Shown: positions 10,780 through 20,815, numbered from the stretch's first letter. The stretch: DNA of 64,000 bases from an uncultured Ignavibacteriales bacterium (GCA_964464605.1 CAYXJN010000001.1:193068-257067), one strand, 5' to 3'. Notes: generated from the sequence alone by a model not told the origin. Program-made: numbers and translations.

Positions 10780-11412
10780 TTACAGCTTTAAACCAACGGA
10801 AAAGAACCAGGAATTGATTTTGGTATCGTTATCGATAGCAATATCAAATATCTCGGTATCCTTGAATATCTCCGTCAATCCAAAGTCATACCCGGCGTCG
10901 GCCGTTAAACCGAACAAGTCAACACCCGCACCGACGCGTGCGCTGAAAATAGTCGATTTAAAATCATCTTCATCGAACAGCGGATTTTCCTTTACCGAAG
11001 TAATGAAACTGGCCACGCCGCCGCCGTTGGCACGAAGGGTAAGCACTTCCGCGTTGATGATATTAATACCTAACAGTACCGGTACTTGAATACTGTTGAT
11101 ATCATTTTCGAAATTCTGCTCATCTTCTATTTCCTCGGTTGTCTGAAGTTCGAATCCCATTCGATTCCAGAAAATACCGGGTTGCAGATAGATGTTGTTA
11201 CCAATTCGAAGGTAGCCACCGAAATGGTAACCAAGTCGATATTGATTTTCCGCTTCTTCGGGGTCAGTACTCAATTGTGAAAGACTGATCCCGATCTGCG
11301 GGTTGATGACAATCTTTGAAGGATTAGCTGATACTGTTTGCGCGGTAGTATCCTGAGCTAATGTAGTCGTACTAATGATTGCCAAGAGCATGAAAACAAG
11401 AAATTGTTTCAT
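10780..11412 (-). CDS. Outer-membrane beta-barrel (porin family) protein
   Basis: ATG at 11412 after AGGAGAGG; signal peptide; amphipathic strands ending FFSVGLKL. Confidence 0.8.
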   Translation of the reverse strand: MKQFLVFMLLAIISTTTLAQDTTAQTVSANPSKIVINPQIGISLSQLSTDPEEAENQYRLGYHFGGYLRIGNNIYLQPGIFWNRMGFELQTTEEIEDEQNFENDINSIQVPVLLGINIINAEVLTLRANGGGVASFITSVKENPLFDEDDFKSTIFSARVGAGVDLFGLTADAGYDFGLTEIFKDTEIFDIAIDNDTKINSWFFSVGLKL

Positions 11413-11471
11413 GGTGATCCTCTCCTTTCTTGGAAGTATCAGATCAATCACTTGTTGATTATACCCCCGTG

Positions 11472-11505
11472 AAAAGCATGAGCCCAAAAAATATTTGAGC
11501 TCATG
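11472..11505 (-). terminator. Probable terminator of the KimA-like gene
   Basis: Minus strand CATGAGCTCAAA...TTTGGGCTCATG followed by CTTTTC. Confidence 0.55.
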
Positions 11506-11531
11506 TGCAAACGATTGGCTACTGATGCATT

Positions 11532-13532
11532 TTACTGCACACGTGTCGGCATGATGATTACCGTCATTTCAGTTAATTGCAAACGCTTTTGCAGTGCGAA
11601 TGCAGTTTCATTATGCAATATTTTCTGATACCAGCGATCACGCTGGAATACCAACTGTCCTGCAAAAATCATGATGTTGGAAAACTGTTTGGACAAATCC
11701 AAACAGATAGTTTCGAGCTCATTGACAACATCCGTGCCTATCGACATACGATATTCAGCCGGAATGTTCTGCGTATTGGCAAAAGCGACATACTTGGCAA
11801 GTTCCGCTTTTGTCTTTTCTTCTAAATGATCGAGCGCATCTTTAGTGCGGAAGACATCAGAATCGACAACGGCAACCGAAACAAAGACAATATTCTTACA
11901 TTTCTCCGGAAACGACTTTAGCACATTCAGCATTGTATGTATCCCGAGCCCGCTGTATCCACCAACAAGTATTACTGCCGTCGACTGTTTTGTATCGACC
12001 GGTAATGGTGCAGCGGAAGTTTCGGAAATGCTAAAGTTAGTGAGACTGGAATATAACGACGCCAACTTAGCATTGAGCGTTTGATAGTGCCGCTTAATCA
12101 AAAAACAGAGAGCGATAACAACAAGAGTAACGAGCAATGTTATCCAGCCGCCCTGTCCGAATTTCTCCCATACGATGACTGAGAGAATAGTAAGACACAT
12201 GACAAGACCGATAACATGAATGGAAATCTTCCGTTTCCAGTTTTTGTGCTCTTTTCTGCCGGAAAACCAAAAACGGCACATCCCCATTTCGGTCATTGAA
12301 AAGGTAAGAAAGACGTTGATACTGTACATCACTACGATCTGCCGAACGTCTCCCATAGTATACAGCAAAGCCGCTAATGCCGCCCCACCCATTAAAAGCA
12401 CGCCATTGCGAGTGGTTAGCTGTTCTGAAAGCGTGGAAAAGCGGCGCGGCGCCCACCCGTCGACCGCCATGTTGGCAAGCACACGGGGACCATCAACAAA
12501 CCCGGCTTGGGCCGCCACCACCAATAGCGCCCCTTCGGACAATAATGTAATAATGACAAATACGCTCCCGAGTGGGACAACTTCCACGAATCGTTCGACA
12601 AACACTGCGTTCATCGTTTTCCCCTCAACAGGCGTGATATTCCAAAGCAGGTAGCAGAGAATAAGACCGGAAGCGGTAAAGGCAAGCGATGCCGCCATAT
12701 ACAACATCGTTCGTTTTCCGGTTTTTACTTTCGGGTCCCGCATGATACCGAGTCCGTTGGATACCGCTTCTATTCCGGTGTAGGTTCCCCCGCCGAGAGA
12801 ATACGCATGAATGAACAACAAGAACATGCCGCCCATGCCGAGCATCGATAATCCGGAATTGAAACCGGTCTGAACAGTATTAGCAACTTCCGGAAGGGCG
12901 GAGGCATGAGTCGCTACGCCTACGCCGATCAGAATAATATGTGTGAGCATGAACAGCAGAAACACCGGCAACAAAACGAGAATTGACTCTTTAACACCGC
13001 GAATATTGAGTACCGTCAGTGCAAGAATAAGAAACACCTCTGTCGGCAGTTTGAATGCATACCATTCGGGCGGCAGAAAACTAAAGAGTGCATCTCCTGC
13101 AGCAGCGATTGAAATAGTAATAGTCAGCACATAGTCGACTAAAAGCGCCGAACCGGAAACCGCTCCGGCACGCGGACCCAAAAGAGCAGTCGCAACCACA
13201 TAGCCACCACCACCCTGAGGGAAATGCTCAATGACTCGGCTGTATGCGATAGAGATGATGGTAACCGTAAGCATCATCACCAGCGCAAGTCCGACCGCCA
13301 AATAGGTGTGTTCACCGAGCGTTCGGAATGCTTCCTCCGGGCCGTAACAAGAGGAGGAGATACCATCCGCACCCAACCCTACCCACGCCAAAAAGGCGAT
13401 AACCGAAAGGTTATGAAACACTCGTTTGTCGAGAAGATTGCGCGGCGCGCCGAATACAAGGCGCTTGAAACGATCACCGAAACCGGATCGCTCGGGGTCC
13501 GGGTCGGAACCGGACGGGAACAGCCTGCTCAT
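11532..13532 (-). CDS. kimA: KimA/YdaO-like APC-superfamily potassium transporter
   Basis: 'GADGISSSCYGPEEA', 'YTGIEAVSNG', about 12 TM helices and a cytoplasmic C-terminal domain; c-di-AMP riboswitch upstream; ATG 13532 after GGAGG. Confidence 0.8.
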   Translation of the reverse strand: MSRLFPSGSDPDPERSGFGDRFKRLVFGAPRNLLDKRVFHNLSVIAFLAWVGLGADGISSSCYGPEEAFRTLGEHTYLAVGLALVMMLTVTIISIAYSRVIEHFPQGGGGYVVATALLGPRAGAVSGSALLVDYVLTITISIAAAGDALFSFLPPEWYAFKLPTEVFLILALTVLNIRGVKESILVLLPVFLLFMLTHIILIGVGVATHASALPEVANTVQTGFNSGLSMLGMGGMFLLFIHAYSLGGGTYTGIEAVSNGLGIMRDPKVKTGKRTMLYMAASLAFTASGLILCYLLWNITPVEGKTMNAVFVERFVEVVPLGSVFVIITLLSEGALLVVAAQAGFVDGPRVLANMAVDGWAPRRFSTLSEQLTTRNGVLLMGGAALAALLYTMGDVRQIVVMYSINVFLTFSMTEMGMCRFWFSGRKEHKNWKRKISIHVIGLVMCLTILSVIVWEKFGQGGWITLLVTLVVIALCFLIKRHYQTLNAKLASLYSSLTNFSISETSAAPLPVDTKQSTAVILVGGYSGLGIHTMLNVLKSFPEKCKNIVFVSVAVVDSDVFRTKDALDHLEEKTKAELAKYVAFANTQNIPAEYRMSIGTDVVNELETICLDLSKQFSNIMIFAGQLVFQRDRWYQKILHNETAFALQKRLQLTEMTVIIMPTRVQ

Positions 13533-13591
13533 AGCAGAACCTCCAAATAGGTGTTGTTGGAGAGTAGTCCTCCTCTCCAAAACGGGAGGTT

Positions 13592-13718
13592 CTCTCCTTC
13601 GTCGCCTATGAGGTTAGCTGACGGGCTTGGGCCGAAAGAGTTGCCCTACACCTTGCGGTGATACGCCCCGGTGGAGTGGGTCCCCCACTCTCCCGTTTGT
13701 TTCGGGAGATTCGGCGTT
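13592..13718 (-). promoter_or_regulatory. Cyclic di-AMP (ydaO/yuaA) riboswitch
   Basis: Minus strand CGCCGAATC...GGGGGACCCA...GGGGCGTATC...AGGGCAACTCTTTCGGCCCAAGCCCGTCAGCTAACCTCATAGGCG..GAAGGAGAG matches the ydaO consensus. Confidence 0.93.
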
Positions 13719-13781
13719 ATAAGCGCGCAAGAGTATCAGAAACAAATCCAATCGTCAAGTGAGATTTGCGTGATTTTATAA

Positions 13782-14357
13782 CTACTTGTTCAGGTTTGAG
13801 ATATAGGCAAGAAGCTCTGCGTCACTTAGTTGCCCAGCAATACCCTCTTTAGTTTTCAGATAGCCAGCACAACTATGTATATCCAGGCTACATTCTAGTA
13901 GACCGAGCATAATTGTTTTAAGGTAAGTCGTAGATGGTTTCAGCACATCCGTCATTAAGCTGCTGTGAGTCATAGTCCGAACCGGAATACCGTCTCTATC
14001 CCCAAGCTGGATTTCATGATCGTAAAAATCTCTGCCTTCTTGTTCACGAACTGCTTCGTACTGTTCGGCTGTTATTTTCCAAACGCGGGCTATGGAATAG
14101 TCAGTTTCTGACTTTTTGGGATCAAGAAATGCCACGCCTCCTGCACCCCAATTTTCTGATGGTGGTAGTGAACTCGGCCAGGCGAAGTAAAGGTGATGGG
14201 GAATTTTGATTATTCGGTCTTCAAGTGGAGCAATTCGGTTGGTGCACCCTTTATTTGCTTTCTTACCAAATACAGGTGTGCCGCCTTGGATGTAACAGAT
14301 AAAACGCTGCCGGTTAAGGTTCGACCCATAACCGGCATACCAAAGATATTTAGACAT
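13782..14357 (-). CDS. Gamma-glutamylcyclotransferase-fold protein
   Basis: N-terminal YAGYGSNL; 'QEG' and 'PSTTYL' motifs. Confidence 0.6.
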   Translation of the reverse strand: MSKYLWYAGYGSNLNRQRFICYIQGGTPVFGKKANKGCTNRIAPLEDRIIKIPHHLYFAWPSSLPPSENWGAGGVAFLDPKKSETDYSIARVWKITAEQYEAVREQEGRDFYDHEIQLGDRDGIPVRTMTHSSLMTDVLKPSTTYLKTIMLGLLECSLDIHSCAGYLKTKEGIAGQLSDAELLAYISNLNK

Positions 14358-14377
14358 TAAAGCCGCGTTTACTGGCG

Positions 14378-15157
14378 CTATTTCTTCCCGCCGCCGGTGA
14401 GGGCATCCAATTCCCGTTTGGCGCGGCGATATTCCGGATCAATTTCAAGCGCGGCTTTATATGAACTGACAGCAGATGCGGTATCTCCCATCATGGTGTA
14501 AATACGCCCCGTCGCCCATTCATTGTATGCGGATTTCGGGTTGAATTCTTTGTTCAGTTTCAAAATAGCAAGCGCATCGGCCGGGTTTTCATCCGAAACT
14601 TTCTGCGCTACCTGACCGAGGGTACGTACACTGAAATCGTATACAAAGCCGCCATAGTAGTAATTACGCAGTTCACGGTACACGGAATCAAGCGCTTTCA
14701 TGCCGTGATCCTTGCGTGTTTGCACAAGCAGGTCTTGCAGTAAAATCGGTTTTGACTGTCCGTGGTGGCAGGTAATACACTCTACTGCTATATGCTGACC
14801 GTTTTGAATGGTCGGAAGGTTTGCAAGCATAGTATTGTTAATCTGATGCACCATCTGCATCATCTCTCGTGCCGTCAGTTTGACTTTGTTGTCATCAGAT
14901 GCAAAATCCAGTTGTTGTGGATCGGTCTTACTTGCGGCATGACAGTGGTCGCAGCCGACTCCCAGCGCATTGGTGAATTTATTCATGTAAACCATGATAT
15001 CATCATGGCTTGTGTTCGGATCGAGCACCTTCAGGTTTTGCGCTTTTTCGTCATCCCGTTTTCCACCTTGCTGAGCAAAGCTGACAACAACCAAGACGCA
15101 CGCGACTAAAATCACTGCATAAAACACTGAAAATCGTGAATTAAAATGAGCGCTCAC
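14378..15157 (-). CDS. Periplasmic di-heme c-type cytochrome (PufC-like domain) with C-terminal TPR
   Basis: Signal peptide, 'NLKVL', CDHCH and CITCH motifs, TPR-like tail. Confidence 0.85.
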   Translation of the reverse strand: MSAHFNSRFSVFYAVILVACVLVVVSFAQQGGKRDDEKAQNLKVLDPNTSHDDIMVYMNKFTNALGVGCDHCHAASKTDPQQLDFASDDNKVKLTAREMMQMVHQINNTMLANLPTIQNGQHIAVECITCHHGQSKPILLQDLLVQTRKDHGMKALDSVYRELRNYYYGGFVYDFSVRTLGQVAQKVSDENPADALAILKLNKEFNPKSAYNEWATGRIYTMMGDTASAVSSYKAALEIDPEYRRAKRELDALTGGGKK

Positions 15158-15263
15158 GGACTGTCCTTTCTTAATTACCTACTATTTTATTTTGGCCAAT
15201 AATAACGAATTACCGGACAATTCGCCACTCCGAAGACTCGGCTCAGGAAATGAACATGATACT

Positions 15264-16091
15264 CTATGGTAGATTATAACAGGCCTGCACAATCATCGTT
15301 CTTCCTTCTTCAAGATTGCGAAGCATATTCGTCGTGTAACGCATTACATCCTTGCCGAGCAATAATCCTATGCTCAACGGTGGAATACCTTCTTTTTCCA
15401 TTTTCTCTTTGCGTTCTTTTGACCATCTCATCGAGCGTTCAGTCACATTTTCCCAAAACAATTCGACAAAACCGAGTTCATTCATAAAAGCTCGAATAGC
15501 TTTTTCAGTAATCAAGTGACTGAGCGAAGGGCTGTCTGCCCAGGGAACCGGAAAATGAAGCGGTTCTCCGCTGCCGGTGATAATTTCATGAAAAACAAAC
15601 TGTCCGCCCGGTTTTAATACTCTGCGGATTTCAGCGTACAAACGATCTTTCTCCTGAATATTCATTCCCACATGCTGCAACCAGACCACATCAAATTGCC
15701 CGTCTGCAAACGGCATCTCTGTTGCGCTACCCTGTTTGAAATCTACTTTATCCGACATGTTAAGACGTTCGGTCAGCATCGTAGCAATCTGGCAGAATTC
15801 ATGGGTCATATCGATTCCGGTGACACGGCATCCAAACTCCGCCGCAAGCGTTCGCGCCGGGCCGCCGATACCGGAGCCAACGTCAAGAACATATGCTCCT
15901 TTCAGGTCTACTTTCTCAGCCAAAAGCCGGGTGGCTAATCTTCCGCCGACATGAAACTCATCAAACGCACCTGCATCTTCCCGTGTAAGCGCGTCAATGT
16001 TTTTTCCCGCTTTGCGTAAGGCATCAAGAATTTGTTCCTGTAAATTCCCATGCGCGTAATGAGCGTTTATACGATCGGAGTTGTCTTTCAT
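15264..16091 (-). CDS. Class I SAM-dependent methyltransferase
   Basis: DEFHVGG, VLDVGSGIGG, RVLKPGG; ATG 16091 overlaps the upstream TGA. Confidence 0.88.
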   Translation of the reverse strand: MKDNSDRINAHYAHGNLQEQILDALRKAGKNIDALTREDAGAFDEFHVGGRLATRLLAEKVDLKGAYVLDVGSGIGGPARTLAAEFGCRVTGIDMTHEFCQIATMLTERLNMSDKVDFKQGSATEMPFADGQFDVVWLQHVGMNIQEKDRLYAEIRRVLKPGGQFVFHEIITGSGEPLHFPVPWADSPSLSHLITEKAIRAFMNELGFVELFWENVTERSMRWSKERKEKMEKEGIPPLSIGLLLGKDVMRYTTNMLRNLEEGRTMIVQACYNLP

Positions 16092-17431
16092 TTGCAGGCC
16101 GCTTCCATTTCTTCTCGAGAGACGATATTCTTTGTGCCGTAACTGTTGAGCGGCCATGCACAATAATACTTGTCTACGTCCAAGCCAAGCTTTTGAACCG
16201 TTTCGCACAACTTCTTGGAGCGCCCCTTTACCGGTTGTCCGGGTCGGTAGAACAAGAGATCACCCGTTAACAGAATTTTCTGATTGGGGAAATAGAATAT
16301 AAAGTACTCATCGGTATGCTGTGATTCGACATTATATATGTGAATAGCGTTGGTTGTATCTTCGATGCGTTTGTTGATCTCGATAGTTTCTATCATGGCT
16401 TTACGAGGAGAACGAGACAATGCATCCGGACGTAACGAGTGCGAACTATGTACAATTGTATCTACCATCGGTGCTGTTGTCGGCGGTACTAACACCTTTG
16501 CGCCTTCGGTTATCCAGCTTCGCACACCGCCGATATACTGACCATGCAGATGACTGAACGCAAAATACTTTACCGGCTTCTTGAATGTCTCCTTAACTTT
16601 TTGCGCTATCAGATCGCAATTGTGTGAATTATAGACCCCTTCGATAACAAACAGATAATCGGCAAACTCAGCAATCGTTACCCGTGTGTCCATTGAGGCA
16701 ATATCGATTGTGAATAGATGCGGTGCTATTTCGGTAAACGTAATTTCGTCTGATCCGATAACCCGTGCCCGATCGCGCCGTAAATCCCCATGGGGAATGA
16801 CAAGGCTGTTTACTTGAATTTCTGGTACGAATGATATGCGCATCGCTTCCCTACCGCGTAAACTTACGACAATACCAGAATCTAAATACTGTACTGCTTC
16901 CATACAATCACCAAACAGATCATGATAGCTCCGGTGAGTGAGCGATTGAATGCGATCATTATTTGTATCCATATTTACAGTCCATAACTCATCGTTCCAC
17001 GCGAAAAGAGAGTCGTACACCATATCTTTGCGCTCATTCATAGCGATAGCAACCAAACTCGGGTGTAATGCCGCTACTGCCGCAACAGAGACGTCTCCCA
17101 ATGCTCGAGCCGTAATTTCCATACCGCTTGTATCAGTCTGGAATATTCGCCCTTGACGGAAGTAATATGTATCAGTTTCACGATTGGTTGAGTCACCAGA
17201 TTCGATTTCAATCAATGCCTCACCCTTTTCCGGATTGATAGTCAATCGAAACTGAATATCAATTTTCCGAAAATCTCCCGGATGCCACGGATGCGAACCA
17301 TCCGTAACAAAACCATTTCCGGTTATTCGATATGGGTGGGTTGGAAGCTTAGGTTGATACCTACTGGGAATTGGTTGTGCGTGTATTGTTTCAGCAAAGA
17401 GGAAAACTATCAGCAAGGCTATGTATCGCAT
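16088..17431 (-). CDS. Secreted protein with a C-terminal metallo-beta-lactamase fold (degenerate motif)
   Basis: Signal peptide; SHLHGQYIGG, QHTDE and LTGDL. Confidence 0.7.
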   Translation of the reverse strand: MRYIALLIVFLFAETIHAQPIPSRYQPKLPTHPYRITGNGFVTDGSHPWHPGDFRKIDIQFRLTINPEKGEALIEIESGDSTNRETDTYYFRQGRIFQTDTSGMEITARALGDVSVAAVAALHPSLVAIAMNERKDMVYDSLFAWNDELWTVNMDTNNDRIQSLTHRSYHDLFGDCMEAVQYLDSGIVVSLRGREAMRISFVPEIQVNSLVIPHGDLRRDRARVIGSDEITFTEIAPHLFTIDIASMDTRVTIAEFADYLFVIEGVYNSHNCDLIAQKVKETFKKPVKYFAFSHLHGQYIGGVRSWITEGAKVLVPPTTAPMVDTIVHSSHSLRPDALSRSPRKAMIETIEINKRIEDTTNAIHIYNVESQHTDEYFIFYFPNQKILLTGDLLFYRPGQPVKGRSKKLCETVQKLGLDVDKYYCAWPLNSYGTKNIVSREEMEAACK

Positions 17432-17541
17432 GAAATCCTCGTAGTTAATTACGAATGAGCAAATCCTGCATATATGTAATGTAAGAAAGGAGACAATAAA
17501 AGCGGCATTTTCCACCCCCTTTTTTGGGCATAGAACGGAAA

Positions 17542-17568
17542 TAAAGAAATGAGGGGTTTTGCCGATAC
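17542..17568 (+). promoter_or_regulatory. Sigma28 (FliA/WhiG)-like promoter upstream of the pilin operon
   Basis: TAAA-N15-GCCGATAC. Confidence 0.55.
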
Positions 17569-17632
17569 CCACTAAGAAAAAGGTAAAGCCCTTTGTAAGT
17601 CAAAATGACCCGATACCGGCAGGGAAAAGCAA

Positions 17633-18034
17633 ATGGCTATCAAAAAGTATCTTAGCAGACAGAACGGAGTTACCCTTTTAGAAGTTCTTGTCAGTACTCT
17701 AATTTTGGGCTTAGCAATGCTCTCTTTAGCCCCGCTTATGGTACTTTCCGTCAAATCAAACGGCAATTCACGCGACCGATCGGTAGCAATGCAGCTCGCT
17801 AAAGAGAAATTGGAAAGTCTCGAAACCAGTGACGAACTTGACCTGCTTCCTCCAACTGAAGAAGAAATCAATCTGAATGAGAAATTCACGCGAACGACAA
17901 TTGTAGCTGATCATGCTATTGACTCTCTCATACCCGAGGATCGATATAAAGTGACTGTTATTGTCTCTTGGGTGTCGGTTGATCAATACGCGAATTCCAC
18001 AAAATTATCCACACTGATTTGGAAAGAAGAGTAA
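17633..18034 (+). CDS. Type IV minor pilin, PilV-like
   Basis: Prepilin cleavage motif QNG|VTLLE followed by a hydrophobic helix. Confidence 0.85.
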   Translation: MAIKKYLSRQNGVTLLEVLVSTLILGLAMLSLAPLMVLSVKSNGNSRDRSVAMQLAKEKLESLETSDELDLLPPTEEEINLNEKFTRTTIVADHAIDSLIPEDRYKVTVIVSWVSVDQYANSTKLSTLIWKEE

Positions 18035-18045
18035 AAGAAATAGGC

Positions 18046-18618
18046 ATGAAGTTGTTCATTTCACGGCTCAGCAATTCCCGGGGTATGACTCTGGCCGAAG
18101 TTTTGATCGCTGTTTTTCTGACCGGAATTATTGCTCTCGGCGCTATGCAATTCTACTCTTCTTTTAACCAGCAGATGCTGTCCCAGGAAGAAATGGTAAA
18201 CATCCAGCAGATTAACAGGGTTTGCCTTGAAGAAATCGGTTCGAACTTGCGCTCCGCCGGTTTTGGAATTTCCGGTGATGCATATGATGTCAACGGCGAC
18301 AGCCTTATCATCTATAAACGTGGAGGAGCACAGGTCGACACGATTCAGTACTTTCTTGAAGAATATGATGATACAGACTATGCGAACATGCCGGGGTTAG
18401 TGGAAGGAACTTCGGTTTTCTGGTTGATGAAGCAAACCAACTCTGATTCAGCTCAACAGTTTGCCGATTACCTGACTGATCTCAGATTTACCGTTATCAG
18501 CAGTGATTTGGTTGCTATTACGTTAGAAACTATTGCCTCCAAGCGGGATGAGACATTCAACGAAAACGGTGGCTTTCGCACGTTCACGAACACCGAACGA
18601 GTTGCCCTGCGTAATTAA
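18046..18618 (+). CDS. Type IV minor pilin, PilW-like
   Basis: SRG|MTLAE motif; 'LRSAGF'; C-terminal 'VALRN'. Confidence 0.85.
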   Translation: MKLFISRLSNSRGMTLAEVLIAVFLTGIIALGAMQFYSSFNQQMLSQEEMVNIQQINRVCLEEIGSNLRSAGFGISGDAYDVNGDSLIIYKRGGAQVDTIQYFLEEYDDTDYANMPGLVEGTSVFWLMKQTNSDSAQQFADYLTDLRFTVISSDLVAITLETIASKRDETFNENGGFRTFTNTERVALRN

Positions 18619-18639
18619 TATAGCTTCAGGAGTATATAC

Positions 18640-20115
18640 ATGGCTTCCCTACATTCGCAAAAAGGCGCAGCGCTGATTATCACACTGCTCCTTGCAGTTC
18701 TTCTTTTGTCAGCGGCGATGTTTACCGCCGACAACGCAACCACTGAGGTTGATCTTCTCTTTAACCAGATGGATTCTGACAAGGCGTTTTACATCGCGCA
18801 AGCCGGTGTTGAAATGGGCATTTCGCAGCTTGATGCGGATGCTGACTGGAGAGAGGGATTTTTTGAAGAAACATTTGATGACGGGATGTTCACCGTAATC
18901 GTTATCGACTCCACCATCCAGCCGGCTCTTGATGATACCGTTTTGCTCCGGTCGGTCGGACAGCAGGGAGATGCCCGCCGTATAGTCGAAGTCGTGCTCC
19001 TGCAGGATTCATATCATCCGTTATTCAATCATGCAATCTATGCCGGCAATACTGATGAGTATGACAGCGACGCTGACAGTCAATCTTACACCGCGACAAT
19101 GCCGTTTGGCGGTACCGGAACAAAATCAGATAAAGTGACCGGTGACGTTTTCTTCAATGGTAATGTTAACGTTACCGGAGGCGCCACAATCAATGGAAAC
19201 GTAACTACAGGCGGTACATACAGCGGTACGAACCCAACAGGTACGAAAGAAACAAAGGCTGAATATCTTGAGCCGCCCGATCTTAACGCCCAGAACTATC
19301 AATCGACGGCTGATTTTTATATTGGCGCATCCAGTCCCTGGACTACCAAAGGATATCTGCCTTCCGCTGATCCGCGACATATTTTCGTTAAAGATTTTCG
19401 CAAAGACTTGGCCACAAGCAAAGGGTACAAGTTCGATAATACCAATTTCTTCCTGGGTGATCCGTACCAGGGAGCTAATATCGATAAAATTAAAGTCAGC
19501 GAAAGTGGCAATAAAAAAACGTACTTTGTTGACGGCAATCTGTGGATCGAACCGGAAGGCACTACCTCTCAATTACTAAAAGGTCCAACCGGCGGAACAC
19601 AGATAACGATTATTGTTAAGGGGAATATTTATTTCTCGGATAATCTCTTATACAACGACAAAACCAAAGATGGTATCGCCTTTATTGCCATGACAGACGG
19701 CGAAAGTTACACCGACAAAAACGGAAACAGCAAATACGACGCCGGCGAACCGATTCTGCATGATGACGGTGACGGTAAGTATGAAGGTCCGGCCGAAGGT
19801 AGTGGTAATGTCCGTTTTGGTGATCCGAATGGTGGTCCGTTGGGTGATGTTAACGGTTTTCTTTATGCTGACAACAATTTTGAAGACTATGTACTTGACG
19901 GAACCAGCAAAGACCCGCTGGACTTCAGCGTTCACGGCACTCTTTCAGCCGGTAACCAAATGAATATCAGACGTGACTACAAAGGCAAACACGCGAAAAT
20001 GGAAGTTACCTACGACGAACGGCTCAAAAACGGTACTCTTGAATTGCCGGGATTGCCATCTCGCCACCCTTCAGGCTCCGGCGAATGGGTACGCGTCGGC
20101 TGGCATGAACTATAA
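18640..20115 (+). CDS. PilX-like minor pilin with a large beta-rich C-terminal domain
   Basis: QKG|AALII (no Glu5), 'AFYIAQAG', C-terminal 'YDERL...W.E'. Confidence 0.8.
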   Translation: MASLHSQKGAALIITLLLAVLLLSAAMFTADNATTEVDLLFNQMDSDKAFYIAQAGVEMGISQLDADADWREGFFEETFDDGMFTVIVIDSTIQPALDDTVLLRSVGQQGDARRIVEVVLLQDSYHPLFNHAIYAGNTDEYDSDADSQSYTATMPFGGTGTKSDKVTGDVFFNGNVNVTGGATINGNVTTGGTYSGTNPTGTKETKAEYLEPPDLNAQNYQSTADFYIGASSPWTTKGYLPSADPRHIFVKDFRKDLATSKGYKFDNTNFFLGDPYQGANIDKIKVSESGNKKTYFVDGNLWIEPEGTTSQLLKGPTGGTQITIIVKGNIYFSDNLLYNDKTKDGIAFIAMTDGESYTDKNGNSKYDAGEPILHDDGDGKYEGPAEGSGNVRFGDPNGGPLGDVNGFLYADNNFEDYVLDGTSKDPLDFSVHGTLSAGNQMNIRRDYKGKHAKMEVTYDERLKNGTLELPGLPSRHPSGSGEWVRVGWHEL

Positions 20116-20140
20116 GCTTTAACTTTTCATAAATCGGCAA

Positions 20141-20180
20141 CAGCATCATCGCTGATAATAGTGATGATGCTGCTTTTGTT
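20141..20180 (+). terminator. Intrinsic terminator after the pilin operon
   Basis: CAGCATCATCGCT-GATAAT-AGTGATGATGCTG followed by CTTTTGTT. Confidence 0.7.
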
Positions 20181-20210
20181 TACTTCAATTTTTCTCAAAA
20201 CCGGCGACTA

Positions 20211-20756
20211 CTAATCGCTCAATGCCTGTTTTGTTCTGCCCACCCATCTCGGAGCATCGTCGATAGTCTGCCGGAGCAACAGGTTCAATTGCGCCGTATG
20301 GTGCTGCACATGCCGCATGTTATAGAGGAAAAGTTCCAGATTAGAAAAATTCTCCCGGTATGTTGTTTTGGTGCCTTCAAAAAACATCTCTTCAGTAAAT
20401 GCATTCAACTGTCTGCGGCATTTCTCACGACAATAACTAAGATACCCCAATAGTTCCTCTTTGGAATACACTCTCAGCGGAATAAGCCCGCGCTCATCGA
20501 ATTCTTCCATCCCATACGGCTTGGGTGGACGGAAAATCTCCTCGGTTTCATTGGAAAGGTAATAGTCTGTCCAGAAAATAACATGATACGTTATATACCA
20601 AAATTCCGGTTTATAGCTGTCGAGCGTTTTTTGTTCCGTATCCTGCCAAAGCGCAGGGTTGCACCATGCCTGGTCTGGACACATATTGATCGCCCGCTCA
20701 AGCGAATCAATAGCCGCGCCAAACTGGTTCCAAACGATAGTTTTGATATTTTCCAT
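20211..20756 (-). CDS. DinB-family protein
   Basis: FWYITYH and YNMRHVQHHTAQL motifs; start may instead be 20780. Confidence 0.85.
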   Translation of the reverse strand: MENIKTIVWNQFGAAIDSLERAINMCPDQAWCNPALWQDTEQKTLDSYKPEFWYITYHVIFWTDYYLSNETEEIFRPPKPYGMEEFDERGLIPLRVYSKEELLGYLSYCREKCRRQLNAFTEEMFFEGTKTTYRENFSNLELFLYNMRHVQHHTAQLNLLLRQTIDDAPRWVGRTKQALSD

Positions 20757-20815
20757 GTAAACAGTATAGAACTTTTTCAATCATCCCGGTATCACAAATA
20801 GTATATTGTGCAGGT

